Shown here in pieces: positions 10,772 to 21,367 of a stretch of 64,000 nucleotides of DNA. This DNA is from Tortispora ganteri (Eukaryota). The stretch lies in contig PPNB01000020.1 of NCBI GenBank assembly GCA_003707115.1, positions 1 to 64,000 on the forward strand, in the 5' to 3' direction. Numbering within the stretch: the stretch's first letter is position 1; each line of letters opens with the position of its first letter. The notes beneath the pieces are model-generated. The model was given only the letters and a program-made list of their open reading frames with translations. It ran no database searches and was not told the origin of the DNA. Position numbers and translations under genes: made by a program.

Positions 10772-11800
10772 TTAGCTGCTGATAACGGTCTTCTTGGTAG
10801 TTATTACATGAAGAAGAGAGAGGAGCAAGGGAATGATGCACAACAACGTGAACAAACCATTTCTATGGGTCAAAGCGTGGTAGAGGATACCAATACCACC
10901 AGATACCATAAGAACATCGATAACATTAGCAGAAACAATGCGTTTCAATGCAACTGAGATGGAAAGAAGAGTGATGGCCAAGATCGCACCAAAAGCTGCA
11001 GCCATCACAAACAAGAAAACCAAGGGAATGATACCGCGATAAACGATCTGAATGATGGTGAGAGGAATGGCTGCCAAAACAACGGAGATGGAGAGAGTGG
11101 TCAGCCAGCGATCAGAGTTACCGGAAATATCTTGAGCAAGCCCAGTTGATCTTTGTTCCAGTTGGATCAGCTTAAAAGCCAAGATAACTAGAAGAGCAAC
11201 AAATAAGCCTTCAGCTAGAGTCACAAGCCAGCTGGATAATGTCATGCTGTGTTTCATAATCGGAATCCAATACCATCTGCCGAGAAAAGCAGAAGTAACG
11301 ACTACGACGATGTATAAGAGGAAACGTTGCCAAGTCATAAGATCGCGAGCGGATATATCGCGCTGGAAAATAAGATCGATCCAAGGAAGCCATAAGAGAA
11401 CAGCAGCCAGAGTAGCAGAATCAAATCTGAGGTGAATGTATCTTACCGAGTAAGCAGTGCTGCAGTAAAGAACAAGAAGTATAAAAGCGAGTCCTAGGCA
11501 GCGAAGATAGCGAGCCTTATCTGAAAGGATATCTTTAAGCGCCTGTCTAGTCCAGGGAGCGGGGTTTGGGCGAGAAACGGTAGAATCTAGCTGGCTGAGG
11601 CTGCCCGGAAGTCTTGAGTAGTTTATCTGAGTCAAAAGAGAGAAAATTATGCAGGCAAAGAAAGGTGCCCATCCGACAGCACGATGGCGCACTGAGAGGA
11701 TTCCAGCAGAGGAGATCGCCCCAAAGATTAGGATAATCCATGCAAGAACGCGATCGGGGGCATTGCTTGCTCCCAAAAGTCCAGTTTGTTCGTCAGGCAT
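10772..11800 (-). CDS. Hypothetical multi-pass membrane protein (about 9-10 TM, possibly DMT/EamA-like)
   Basis: 342 aa with alternating hydrophobic segments; N-terminal EQTGLL acidic dileucine motif. Confidence 0.7.
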   Translation of the reverse strand: MPDEQTGLLGASNAPDRVLAWIILIFGAISSAGILSVRHRAVGWAPFFACIIFSLLTQINYSRLPGSLSQLDSTVSRPNPAPWTRQALKDILSDKARYLRCLGLAFILLVLYCSTAYSVRYIHLRFDSATLAAVLLWLPWIDLIFQRDISARDLMTWQRFLLYIVVVVTSAFLGRWYWIPIMKHSMTLSSWLVTLAEGLFVALLVILAFKLIQLEQRSTGLAQDISGNSDRWLTTLSISVVLAAIPLTIIQIVYRGIIPLVFLFVMAAAFGAILAITLLSISVALKRIVSANVIDVLMVSGGIGILYHALTHRNGLFTLLCIIPLLLSLLHVITTKKTVISS

Positions 11801-12220
11801 GTTTTAATCGCTTGTGAACAATCGCTGATGTTTGATTTCGATATATCTAGCTGGTGTGAAAGAAAAGAACAGATTGTCAAGGTAAGGCGTTTTATATAAT
11901 GGGCGAAAAGTATAGCTCTAAAAGAGGTAATACTGGATTTTGGCGCAGGGAATAGCGGAGTTGACCGAAAAACTTAAAAGCTTAAGGAGGATGTATTAAT
12001 TTGATCAACCAATAACGGACAATTACCATACGTAATCCCAAAATTTAGTAGGCGTTATTGGCTAAAAGGACGAAGGAAGGGAGTCATTTCGAATTGTACG
12101 GATGTGACTATGTATGTACCGACTTCACTTGTTTAATGTTAGGGTGAGATGTATTTCGGCACGGACCGAAACGTAGTCGTTGGAAAGAATAGAATAGCAG
12201 CAATGTAAAGTTGTTCATGC

Positions 12221-12255
12221 CACACACTGTGCCCACTCAGTGGACACAGTGTGTG
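12221..12255. repeat. 35-bp near-perfect inverted repeat
   Basis: CACACACTGTG-C-CCACT-C-AGTGG-A-CACAGTGTGTG; 16 of 17 arm positions are complementary. Confidence 0.9.
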
Positions 12256-13951
12256 CGCAGCGCTGATCATGGAATGATTTGCATTCAAGCACTACTTCGG
12301 TAGAACGAGGACTTAGACGAGACTAAATTGTTCCCGTGTCTACCTCTCGTCGCACAACGTATCTATAGAACTACGTAATGGTACATCAGATGTTGAAGGT
12401 GATTTTCATATTTTCAATCGTTTCCGCAGCAATGTACCTAGATTACTAAGCGGATAGCATTGAAAAGTATTGGCCACTCAGCCGACCAAGAAGCGCTAGC
12501 ACATCAGGATCTGCTCAGTGACCACCTTCTAATAGGTCGAGCTAGCTGTACCTCCTTTTCGAACAAATCGGGATAGGGTTAAAAGCTATCAGAATGGGGT
12601 TGGTTGCTATGCAAGCTAAGACGGTGAAATTTTCCGTTTACGGAATTGCGATGCTTATCATGCGCGGTAAACGTGAAAGATAAACGAAAGTAACGGCGTA
12701 AGAGTAATTCCTATAAATGCGATTAATACTTCTTTTTTATCTGACTTACTTTATCATCACGATTATTGGCAAGAAGCGTGCAATTACCTTAGCCATCATC
12801 GCTCGATAGACGCAATCTATACTCATTAAAAAATAACGCTTTTTTGGTTATAACGAAAGTGTTTCCGTGATTTTCAAGCTGCTTAATCGATCAGTCGCAC
12901 TTCGATTCGGATATATCGGATAGCAGCGTTAAACTGGGTAATTTTGAATTAGCATAGTGCTCTTAGGTTTACTTACATCCGAGGATTTTTTTAACATAGT
13001 AAGAAACCATTCGCTTGTTCTTAAATTAAGGCTTTAATAGCGTTCGAACCGATTTTATAAAAACGAAGAATAAGTCTTACCCCACGCTATACGTTTCATT
13101 TAATTGTCAAAGCAGTTACTCATCGTGTTTCAGCATTCTCCGTTAATCTATCACGTCAGAGAATACGAATTAGGCTGCTACTTTTAACTTTACATTACAG
13201 ACAAGTTAACTGACCCGACCTTAGTTTTACGGCTCATTTACACCCTTTTACTCCAGAAAGGTGTTTTAGTAGTACACCCGCGTCCGTTTTTGAGCCCATT
13301 TATCTTGGCAGTTGTTCTAATTAGGCTACAAAGTGGAGTCGCAACCCCTAGTTTGCTACGTCTTGGCACCCATTTGACTGTTCTTGGTTGGTTCAACTCT
13401 AAACCTAGCTACCGGGAACCCGATTCTTCCTGAAACCTTAAAACTAACCCACCTGTCGGCAAGCGGCTCTTGTTCTCCACAGCATCTTCCGTTATATATA
13501 TACAACATAGCCTCTTGCTTTACTCACACTTTTTCCTCTTTTAACTAAAAGAATCCACACTGATATATCGATTATTTCGCGTTTTTCTGAGCTCTAAAAT
13601 TCTCACTTTCTGCAAGTGTATCCGTTTAGGGTGTGTTGCTATACATTTTGAAGAAACCCCGTCAAAGATTTTATCATTTCCGCCTACTGATTGTTGAATA
13701 GATTTGCGAGTTCCACGTTAGATCCCTTTCAACTTCTCGATTGGATCTGTTGGTTCTAAATTTTGCTTTTTCATCCTTGTAAACTGTCATAATTCAATCG
13801 CACCTACTTTTTCATATCATACTTTGACAAATCGCAACTGCGCTTCGCATATCTTGTCTTGTCTAAGACTCTTTTCGATTTTGATTTTTTTTTTTTTTGG
13901 ATTATTTTTAACTGTTGTTTTTCTTACAGACCATACATAACTGACTTGGAA

Positions 13952-13966
13952 ATGGTCTCTTTTTAG
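13952..13966 (+). other. Candidate upstream ORF (MVSF*)
   Basis: ATG GTC TCT TTT TAG; the only + strand ATG between 12720 and the main ATG at 14088. Confidence 0.45.
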
Positions 13967-14087
13967 TTCTTTCGTTACATACCTTGTTACATTTCACGAT
14001 TTATATTCCTCTTCTTTGCATTTTTAAATACTGATACACTTTCAAATTGATCACTGATATAGTTTTTTTTTGATCTGGCACCTCAAA

Positions 14088-15140
14088 ATGACTACTACTT
14101 TTCACTCTAATCATAAATTGGATCCGAACTATTGGCGCAATTTAGCCAAATTCGAAGCAATTGTTGCATTATCAGCTCGCCCTAATTCACGCCACCACTC
14201 ATATTCCAGAGCTTCTTCTCGACAAACATCCTCATCGATAACGAATGAACAGATTGCCCATTCATCTGCTGAACCTTTTACTGGTTCTGCTGCTTATCCC
14301 GAATTTGATGGCCTCGACGAAGATGACTTTCGAGGCAGGCCTCGTAATCCTACCGAGCAGCGCGTGTTTGAGTGGATAAACAACCGAATTAATTCGGAAA
14401 ATAGATCAAAAAATAGAGAAGTTGACCTTCAAATCAAACAGGCACATGAAGTGCAACAAGGAAAATCGAGCGGGTCTGATGCTGCCGCTGCCCTTTTGAA
14501 CGCTCTACACACTCCCCTTCCTATTGATCCGCTGGCATCTGCGATACATAGTGGCACTGAATGTTCTAGTTCTAGGGCTTCGACGCCTCCAGAACTATTC
14601 ATGGTTTCTTCTAGACACAACTCTGATCCTAATGCTAATAGTGGATCATCTTCTTCTGCGTCCTTTAAGCAAGGATATGCAACTCGCCCGCAAGCAGGTC
14701 TCTTGCCTAATAGCAGGCCAGTTTATGAAGATGGCTCTTCCGATACTTTTGCTTGCAATGCAAGTGTGGAACTCGCTACACCTCCTCTTGTTGTTGCGTG
14801 TCAAGAAACACCTTTTTCCAGACGTTATTCTACGTCTTCTATTTCTCGTACTGTAACCGGTACAAAGTTTCCTATTATTACAAGGCCCAGTGCCACAAAA
14901 CCTCGTGTGTTTACAATGTTAACACCCGATGGTCGTGTCGTTGACAAATCTGCTAAAAGAAATCTGTCTCGTTCGGATAGCGCTTCTGCTAATGGTTCTG
15001 GATCTCGATCCAGCAATGATTGCAAATGCACAAAGCAAAGAATGAATTTTGATCAGCTTTACCAGTCTCAAATGCTTGAAGAGGCCTATGCATTTAAGCT
15101 TGCTTCTTTGAGGAACTCGTCGACTGATGATTCCGAATAA
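14088..15140 (+). CDS. Hypothetical Ser-rich, largely disordered protein
   Basis: 350-aa ORF; ATG at 14088 in strong context (CAAAATG); no family recognised. Confidence 0.75.
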   Translation: MTTTFHSNHKLDPNYWRNLAKFEAIVALSARPNSRHHSYSRASSRQTSSSITNEQIAHSSAEPFTGSAAYPEFDGLDEDDFRGRPRNPTEQRVFEWINNRINSENRSKNREVDLQIKQAHEVQQGKSSGSDAAAALLNALHTPLPIDPLASAIHSGTECSSSRASTPPELFMVSSRHNSDPNANSGSSSSASFKQGYATRPQAGLLPNSRPVYEDGSSDTFACNASVELATPPLVVACQETPFSRRYSTSSISRTVTGTKFPIITRPSATKPRVFTMLTPDGRVVDKSAKRNLSRSDSASANGSGSRSSNDCKCTKQRMNFDQLYQSQMLEEAYAFKLASLRNSSTDDSE

Positions 15141-15625
15141 GACAAGCACTTATTTCTTGGGCATTGTCTCGAGTTTCTTTTTCACTACGTTGAATGTTTT
15201 ATGAATCTAGAGTATCATTAGTATTTATATCTATAAGCCTCACTGATGAAAAACTGTAGTAAAAAGTGTAGGAATCCAGAGCAGCCAATCTCGCTAACTA
15301 TTATAGATCACAAATAATTGAAAAACCCTTATGCAACATCGAAGATACTTCTCTATATTTGAATCCACATATTACCACTATTACTAAATACTTTCTCAAA
15401 TTGGCATTTAATGTGGTTGTTTATCACAAATAAAAGTAAATGCAATTATAAATAAGGGAAATGTAGTCCGTCGACAGTTTGATTACCGACGCTTGTGATC
15501 ATATGAAGGGTATGGACCCTTCATGATCCTGATCCTGATCCTTGTAGGGACTGCTACTTGTGTGATATATAACCTCATAACAATACCCGCAATAGCAATT
15601 CTGCGACTCTATTACGGTGCAGTAA

Positions 15626-16360
15626 ATGACAAGAATGGAGAATGATACAAATACCAATGCCGCCGATAATGATGAGCTAGTTAACTTCTCTGGTACACAC
15701 TCAAGCGATCCCCCAGATCCACATAAAGCACAGAAGTCAGATCGCGTACTTAAGGAATACAATAGATCTCTCTTTTTCCAAGAACCAACTGAAAAGATAA
15801 GCACGGAGTCGTCGACTGATAATTTCTACAGACCCCCCATGGAACTCGATGACGTGTTCGCAACATATGGGCTTTATCTTCAGAAAGGGCTGCTACCGGA
15901 CCTTGAATTTGAGCCAATAACTGGATTGCAAGAGGAGGAGGATAAATATGCAAAAAGAAAAACAGCGTTGTATGCTGTTTCAGAAGAGTCAATACTAGGC
16001 AAGATGGAGTCAACGTCTTCATGCGAAAGGGAACAGTTTGCAGAAGAACAGACTACAGAAATGCCTAACAGCAGCAACTATGTAAGTCTGAATTCAGAGA
16101 GCAGTTCCGGAACAGAACCAAATCTAACGGTAAACGAGTCAAAAGACGAGTGGAGTGACTCTGAAACTCTAGTTGGATCAGAGTCATCTGATACTTACAC
16201 CCTAGTATCGCCTGCGCAATCTTTTCCAGCGGAGGTACCAATACTGAGTCATTTGGCGCATGATTGTATTGATGATTCTACTGAGTCATATGAAAATCTG
16301 AACAACGTTTTTGGTGATGCATATGAGACAGCGAGAGCTGTATATGTGTTAACTGTTTGA
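15626..16360 (+). CDS. Hypothetical acidic Ser/Glu-rich protein
   Basis: 244-aa ATG-initiated ORF filling the gap between neighbours; no family recognised. Confidence 0.6.
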   Translation: MTRMENDTNTNAADNDELVNFSGTHSSDPPDPHKAQKSDRVLKEYNRSLFFQEPTEKISTESSTDNFYRPPMELDDVFATYGLYLQKGLLPDLEFEPITGLQEEEDKYAKRKTALYAVSEESILGKMESTSSCEREQFAEEQTTEMPNSSNYVSLNSESSSGTEPNLTVNESKDEWSDSETLVGSESSDTYTLVSPAQSFPAEVPILSHLAHDCIDDSTESYENLNNVFGDAYETARAVYVLTV

Positions 16361-16467
16361 GGGGGTTAAAGCACGCACATACAGGACAACTAGACATTAA
16401 TTCATTTCTATGTACATTTTTATGCATTGCACACTATCTCAAAAACTCCAATTACCATTAAGAATAA

Positions 16468-17232
16468 TTAGCTCTTAACCAAAGTAAGGAACTCGTCCCT
16501 AGTCTTCTGAGCATTCCTGAAGTGACCTAACATACAACTGGTAACTGTCACAGAGCTTGGTTTCTGAACCCCCCGCATGACCATGCACATGTGAGTAGCT
16601 TCAATAACTACACCAACGCCACGTGCATGTAAAATTTCTTCAATTGCAAGAGCAATCTGCTTAGTGAGCCTTTCTTGCACTTGCAAGCGTCTTGAGAACA
16701 TTTCAGCGATGCGTGCAAGCTTCGAAAGTCCAAGCACTTTTGATCGCGGGATGTAGCCGATATGAACTTTTCCCACAAACGGCACAAGGTGGTGTTCACA
16801 CAAACTGAAAATATCTATATCTTTAACGATTACCATCTCATCATGATCCTCTTCAAACACAGCACGTTTAATAACTTGCTTTAAACTCTGCTCATATCCC
16901 TTTGTGAAAAATAGCATAGCTCTTGCATATCGTTCTGGGGTCTCCTTCAATCCGGCCCTATCCGGATTTTCTCCAATCTCTGTGAGCAGTGTCCTTGCCG
17001 CCAACGCAATTCTCTGTTCACGGGCAGAAGCCTCTTCAGGCGTAGACTTCAAACGCAGTCTTGTGCCTACACTCGGCCAGGACAAGCCGTCATGTTCCAC
17101 AGCAGGCGAACGGATAATGGGTATATCAGCAACCTGTGCTGGGATTGCACTCTGTGCAATAGGGGCGCTTAGGGGCTCAAACAATTCAGATGAATTGCTC
17201 GATGATTGGCTAGTGGCTCGACTTGAATCCAT
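16468..17232 (-). CDS. FOL2: GTP cyclohydrolase I
   Basis: [37 protein letters not shown]. Confidence 0.97.
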   Translation of the reverse strand: MDSSRATSQSSSNSSELFEPLSAPIAQSAIPAQVADIPIIRSPAVEHDGLSWPSVGTRLRLKSTPEEASAREQRIALAARTLLTEIGENPDRAGLKETPERYARAMLFFTKGYEQSLKQVIKRAVFEEDHDEMVIVKDIDIFSLCEHHLVPFVGKVHIGYIPRSKVLGLSKLARIAEMFSRRLQVQERLTKQIALAIEEILHARGVGVVIEATHMCMVMRGVQKPSSVTVTSCMLGHFRNAQKTRDEFLTLVKS

Positions 17233-17525
17233 TCTTTTGCACCAAGATGTAGCGTCGTTTGAAGCTATAAATGTACCTTATAGTTCCTTTCTAATACATG
17301 TTAGTAATTTTTTCTTCCCATCCATGTATACTAGCCTCGAATGTGGTTTGGGAGCTTATTCTGATTGGTCTATCGCCTGTGAATGAGCCGCACGGACTAT
17401 ATATGCCTCGAGCACCTCCTTTCCTGCTTCACTGGCTGTGACTTGTCCTCTATTTTCTAGCCTTGTTATCGTACTAGAGACGCCACAATAGTACATTTTA
17501 TCTGTTAGGAACCTAACTAAAGCGA

Positions 17526-20417
17526 ATGATAGATCCGGTATACTCTTCATCCATAGAAGAGCTCCTAAGCAGTTTCGAATCCGATGCTGCACGGGGAATA
17601 CCGTCGAACTCGGTGGAAGCGCGTAAGTTAAAATACGGCGTCAATGAGTTGCCAGAAGATCCACCCACTCCCTTGTGGCGACTTGTACTGAACCAGTTTC
17701 AAGATACTCTAGTACTTATTCTGCTTGGATCTGCATTTGTTTCATTTGTGCTGGCTTTTGTCGATGACACTGACGACTTGACTGCCTTTGTTGATCCCTT
17801 CGTGATTTTAGTCATCCTTGCAGCTAATGCGATTGTGGGCGTCCAGCAGGAACAGAGCGCTGAAAAGTATATATCAGCGCTTTCGAGCTATTCCCCAGAA
17901 ACTGCTACGGTTATAAGGGATGGCAAAACATCTGTAGTGAACGCTGCAGATCTCGTGGTTGGAGATCTCATCCAAGTGACCGTGGGCAACAAAATTCCTG
18001 CCGACTGCCGCATTCTGAAAATAGTCTCTAAATCTCTATCTGTCGATCAATCTATACTGACTGGCGAGTCAGAATCTGTCGAGAAACAGATATCGCCTGT
18101 ATTACCGAGCTCCGTTATCCAAGATCAAATCTGCATGCTGTTCGCTGGTACTGCTGTCACTTCGGGTTCAGCTTTTGCGTTAGTCGTGAGAACCGGATTG
18201 AACACTCAAATCGGCGGAATACACAATTCTATTACTTCTCAAATATCGACTCCGACTCCGTTGAAAGAGAAGCTAGACGAATTTGGAGATAAGTTGGCTA
18301 AGATAATTACCGTTATCTGTATTCTTGTCTGGATCGTCAATATCCCACATTTTAAAGATCCGGCGCACAAAGGCATCATTCACGGCGCTATATATTATTT
18401 CAAAATTGCGGTAGCACTCGCAGTTGCAGCTATTCCTGAAGGACTTGCTGCTGTTATTACAACCTGCCTAGCACTGGGAACCAAAAGAATGGCTAAGCGC
18501 AATGCAATTGTTCGGACACTTTCTTCCGTAGAGACTCTTGGATCGACTTCTGTCATTTGCTCAGACAAAACAGGAACTTTGACGTTAAACAAAATGGTTG
18601 TTACAAATGTTTCCATTCCAACAGAGGAAGGAATGAGAGCAATTGGACTCTCTGCATCTTCTAATGCTATTAACGACCCCAGCAATTTATTATCATTGCC
18701 AGCCACATTTAAAAGTTGTGCTATTGCTTCCTTATGCAATGATTCTAAGGTATACCTGGATCCTGAAACCAAAGTATACAACAGAGTGTCTGGAGAACCT
18801 ACTGAAGCAGGTCTCAAAATTGCTGCTGAGAAACTTTTTGGTAAAACTTTGCAGTCTAAGACAGCCGAGGCGTATTTCAGCGAGCAGTACGATAGACAAG
18901 GGACCTATGAGTTTTCTAGAGATAGGAAAGCAATGTCAGTACATGTCAACAACAAGCATAACAATACGTACAGTCTGTTTATTAAAGGAGCTCCTGAGGC
19001 TATTGTTGAATCTGCCTCTTCTATAATGGTCAACGAAAAGGTACAGCCGATGAGCAAGGAATGGAAAGCGAGCATTATGAAAGATGTGGAATCCATGTCA
19101 AAGCAAAGTCTACGAGTCATTGCCGTTTCTTACAAGCCTATAGAGTCCGACGAAGATTTGAAACTCTTGAAAGAGGCTACTAAAAGCTCAGAATTCCAAG
19201 TACTTGAAAGAAATGCTATATTTGTTGGTTTATTTGCTATGCTTGATCCTCCGCGCCCTGAAGTCGCTAGAGCAATTGCACAATGCAGAGATGCAGGTAT
19301 TCGTATTACCGTGATTACTGGTGATAACAAAGTTACAGCTGAAAGTGTTTGCCGTAGTATTGGAATATTTGGCGCTGATGAAGACGTATCGGGTCTAAGC
19401 TATACAGGCGAAGAGTTCGAGAGGCTGAGTTCTAAACAAAAACAAGAAGCCGCTAAATGCGTGCGACTACTTTCTAGGGTGAATCCCTCGCATAAGCTAG
19501 AGCTTGTTAGCATACTACAGGAGCAGCATGAAGTAGTTGCAATGACCGGTGATGGTGTTAATGATGCACCCGCTTTAAAAAAAGCAGATATAGGTATTGC
19601 AATGGGCACTGGCACGGATGTTGCCCGACAAGCTTCGGATATGGTTCTTGCAGATGATAATTTTGCATCAATTGCCAATGCAATTGAAGAAGGACGTGCA
19701 ATTTACGATAACACTCAACAATTTATTAGGTATCTGATTTCATCTAACATTGGAGAAGTTGTCACTATTTTCTTAACTGCTCTTGTCGGTATGCCTGAAG
19801 TGCTTATTCCTGTGCAATTGTTGTGGGTAAATTTGGTTACAGATGGACTTCCTGCCACTGCCCTGAGCTTTAATCCTATTGGACCGAGCATAATGAAGCG
19901 CCCACCTAAACATAGGAACGAAGCTCTAGTTGGACAATGGCTGCTATTCCGGTATGTCGTTATAGGCGCCTATGTTGGTATTGCCACAGTTGCAGGATAT
20001 GCATATTATTTTCTGATCAGTGCAAATGGCCCTCATTACACGTGGTATGAACTAACACATTTTGCCGGCTTGGGACTTGTTGATTCTGAAGATATGGTTA
20101 AAGGATCTACTATATCGCTGTCTATTCTTGTTATAATTGAAATGCTTAATGCATTGAATGCTGTTTCAGAGACAGAGTCGTTAGTGACGCTTCCTTTTTG
20201 GAGAAACATGTATCTAGTTGGTGCTATTTGCTTATCGGTCGCTCTTCACTGTGGAATTCTATATTCTGCCACCATGAATAGCATATTCTCAGTGGCGCCA
20301 CTTGACGTTAGCGAATGGATAGCAGTAATCAATTTCTCGTTGCCTGTCATTCTGCTTGACGAGATTTTGAAAGCTGTACAAAGAAGTATGAGCGTTTCAA
20401 AACAGAAAATTGAATAA
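17526..20417 (+). CDS. SERCA-type (P2A) Ca2+-transporting P-type ATPase
   Basis: DQSILTGES, KIAVALAVAAIPEGL, CSDKTGTLT, KGAPE, TGDGVNDAPALK, RYLISSNIGEV and LLWVNLVTDGLPATAL, the SERCA wording rather than the PMR1 ILWINI.MDGPPA. Confidence 0.93.
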   Translation: MIDPVYSSSIEELLSSFESDAARGIPSNSVEARKLKYGVNELPEDPPTPLWRLVLNQFQDTLVLILLGSAFVSFVLAFVDDTDDLTAFVDPFVILVILAANAIVGVQQEQSAEKYISALSSYSPETATVIRDGKTSVVNAADLVVGDLIQVTVGNKIPADCRILKIVSKSLSVDQSILTGESESVEKQISPVLPSSVIQDQICMLFAGTAVTSGSAFALVVRTGLNTQIGGIHNSITSQISTPTPLKEKLDEFGDKLAKIITVICILVWIVNIPHFKDPAHKGIIHGAIYYFKIAVALAVAAIPEGLAAVITTCLALGTKRMAKRNAIVRTLSSVETLGSTSVICSDKTGTLTLNKMVVTNVSIPTEEGMRAIGLSASSNAINDPSNLLSLPATFKSCAIASLCNDSKVYLDPETKVYNRVSGEPTEAGLKIAAEKLFGKTLQSKTAEAYFSEQYDRQGTYEFSRDRKAMSVHVNNKHNNTYSLFIKGAPEAIVESASSIMVNEKVQPMSKEWKASIMKDVESMSKQSLRVIAVSYKPIESDEDLKLLKEATKSSEFQVLERNAIFVGLFAMLDPPRPEVARAIAQCRDAGIRITVITGDNKVTAESVCRSIGIFGADEDVSGLSYTGEEFERLSSKQKQEAAKCVRLLSRVNPSHKLELVSILQEQHEVVAMTGDGVNDAPALKKADIGIAMGTGTDVARQASDMVLADDNFASIANAIEEGRAIYDNTQQFIRYLISSNIGEVVTIFLTALVGMPEVLIPVQLLWVNLVTDGLPATALSFNPIGPSIMKRPPKHRNEALVGQWLLFRYVVIGAYVGIATVAGYAYYFLISANGPHYTWYELTHFAGLGLVDSEDMVKGSTISLSILVIIEMLNALNAVSETESLVTLPFWRNMYLVGAICLSVALHCGILYSATMNSIFSVAPLDVSEWIAVINFSLPVILLDEILKAVQRSMSVSKQKIE

Positions 20418-20545
20418 CGAAGAGGCAAAGCGGATAGATTGTTATAAAGAAAAAATAGAATGCCTCAAAGCTGTGACCGGTACGGGGAGACATAAATATC
20501 TATTATTATCAAAATTTAATGTAGAATTATCTAATAGCAGTTTAC

Positions 20546-21222
20546 TTAATCTTGACGGGTCTTTAAAAGACGTTTGACGACATTGTCTTTTGTTATGACA
20601 TAAACGACAGCTCCCCAACCACTGAGTGCATCACGATCTTGAGCATTCAATAAAGCTTGAGAGATAGTTTCAAACAAATCCTCAGGTCCGAGGTTCGGTT
20701 CATATAAACCTTCGCACATACCGTATAACTGATCTGAGGCGGTTCCCGATACTATAAAATCTTGAGCGTAGTCAATACATCCAATAGAATCAAATCCACA
20801 AATGAAAGGTGCACCAGTTCGTGAGTCAAGACCTGCTACTACAGGGCCAACGAAGTACGGGCCAAATCGTCGAGAATATAAAGTGGTCGATACCATTTGA
20901 GCAAAAGTCTTTGGTTCTATGGAATAGTCGTGTTTTAGTTTATACAAGTTAGCTTTAGAAGTCATTAGCTCTGACACAGTTTGCACGTCGGTAGCTAAGC
21001 CAGTGAGGCCAAGAAATACATGACCATAGTTGAATATTTTCTCGAAGTTGTTGGCCACGGTCAGTGCCTGTACTCCTAGACGCATATCGCAGGCAATTGC
21101 AACACAATCTTTGCCAGTCATCGCGACACATGTGCCACCTATTCAAATGTTAGCTATAATTTCTACTTAAAATCACGAAGTGACATGTTATACATACCAT
21201 TTATAGATGAAGGGTCCGACAT
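20546..21222 (-). CDS. PUP3: 20S proteasome subunit beta-3, two exons (21222-21198, 21138-20546)
   Basis: Exon 1 MSDPSSIN(G); intron 21197-21139 (GTATGT..GCTAAC..TAG). The spliced product is 205 aa: MSDPSSINGGTCVAMTGKDCVAIACD..RLLKTRQD. Confidence 0.96.
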
Positions 21223-21272
21223 TGTTAGCGATTCAGTTAGGTGTGAGTGCTAATTGTGGTGGATATGGTGTT

Positions 21273-21292
21273 GGGAGGGGAGGGGGGTGGGG
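21273..21292 (+). other. Potential G-quadruplex in the PUP3/UBX4 bidirectional promoter
   Basis: GGGAGGGGAGGGGGGTGGGG: four G-runs of at least 3 with 1-nt loops. Confidence 0.6.
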
Positions 21293-21367
21293 TGAACCGT
21301 TGAATTTGCCTTCCGCGTTAAACTGCCTGATTGCTGTTTCTGCGTTATTCTTTCGACAATTTCAAAG

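Noticed and set aside
13340..13455. AACCCCTA/CTAACCC-like words suggesting a telomerase RNA template or interstitial telomere
   Set aside because: No 1.5-repeat template or tandem telomeric repeat is present; only isolated short matches.
17291..17331. Possible 41-nt intron in the FOL2 5' region (minus strand GTATAC..TACTAAC..TAG)
   Set aside because: The branch point is perfect, but the donor is non-consensus, it is shorter than the two supported introns, and splicing adds no coding exon. It cannot be supported without transcripts.
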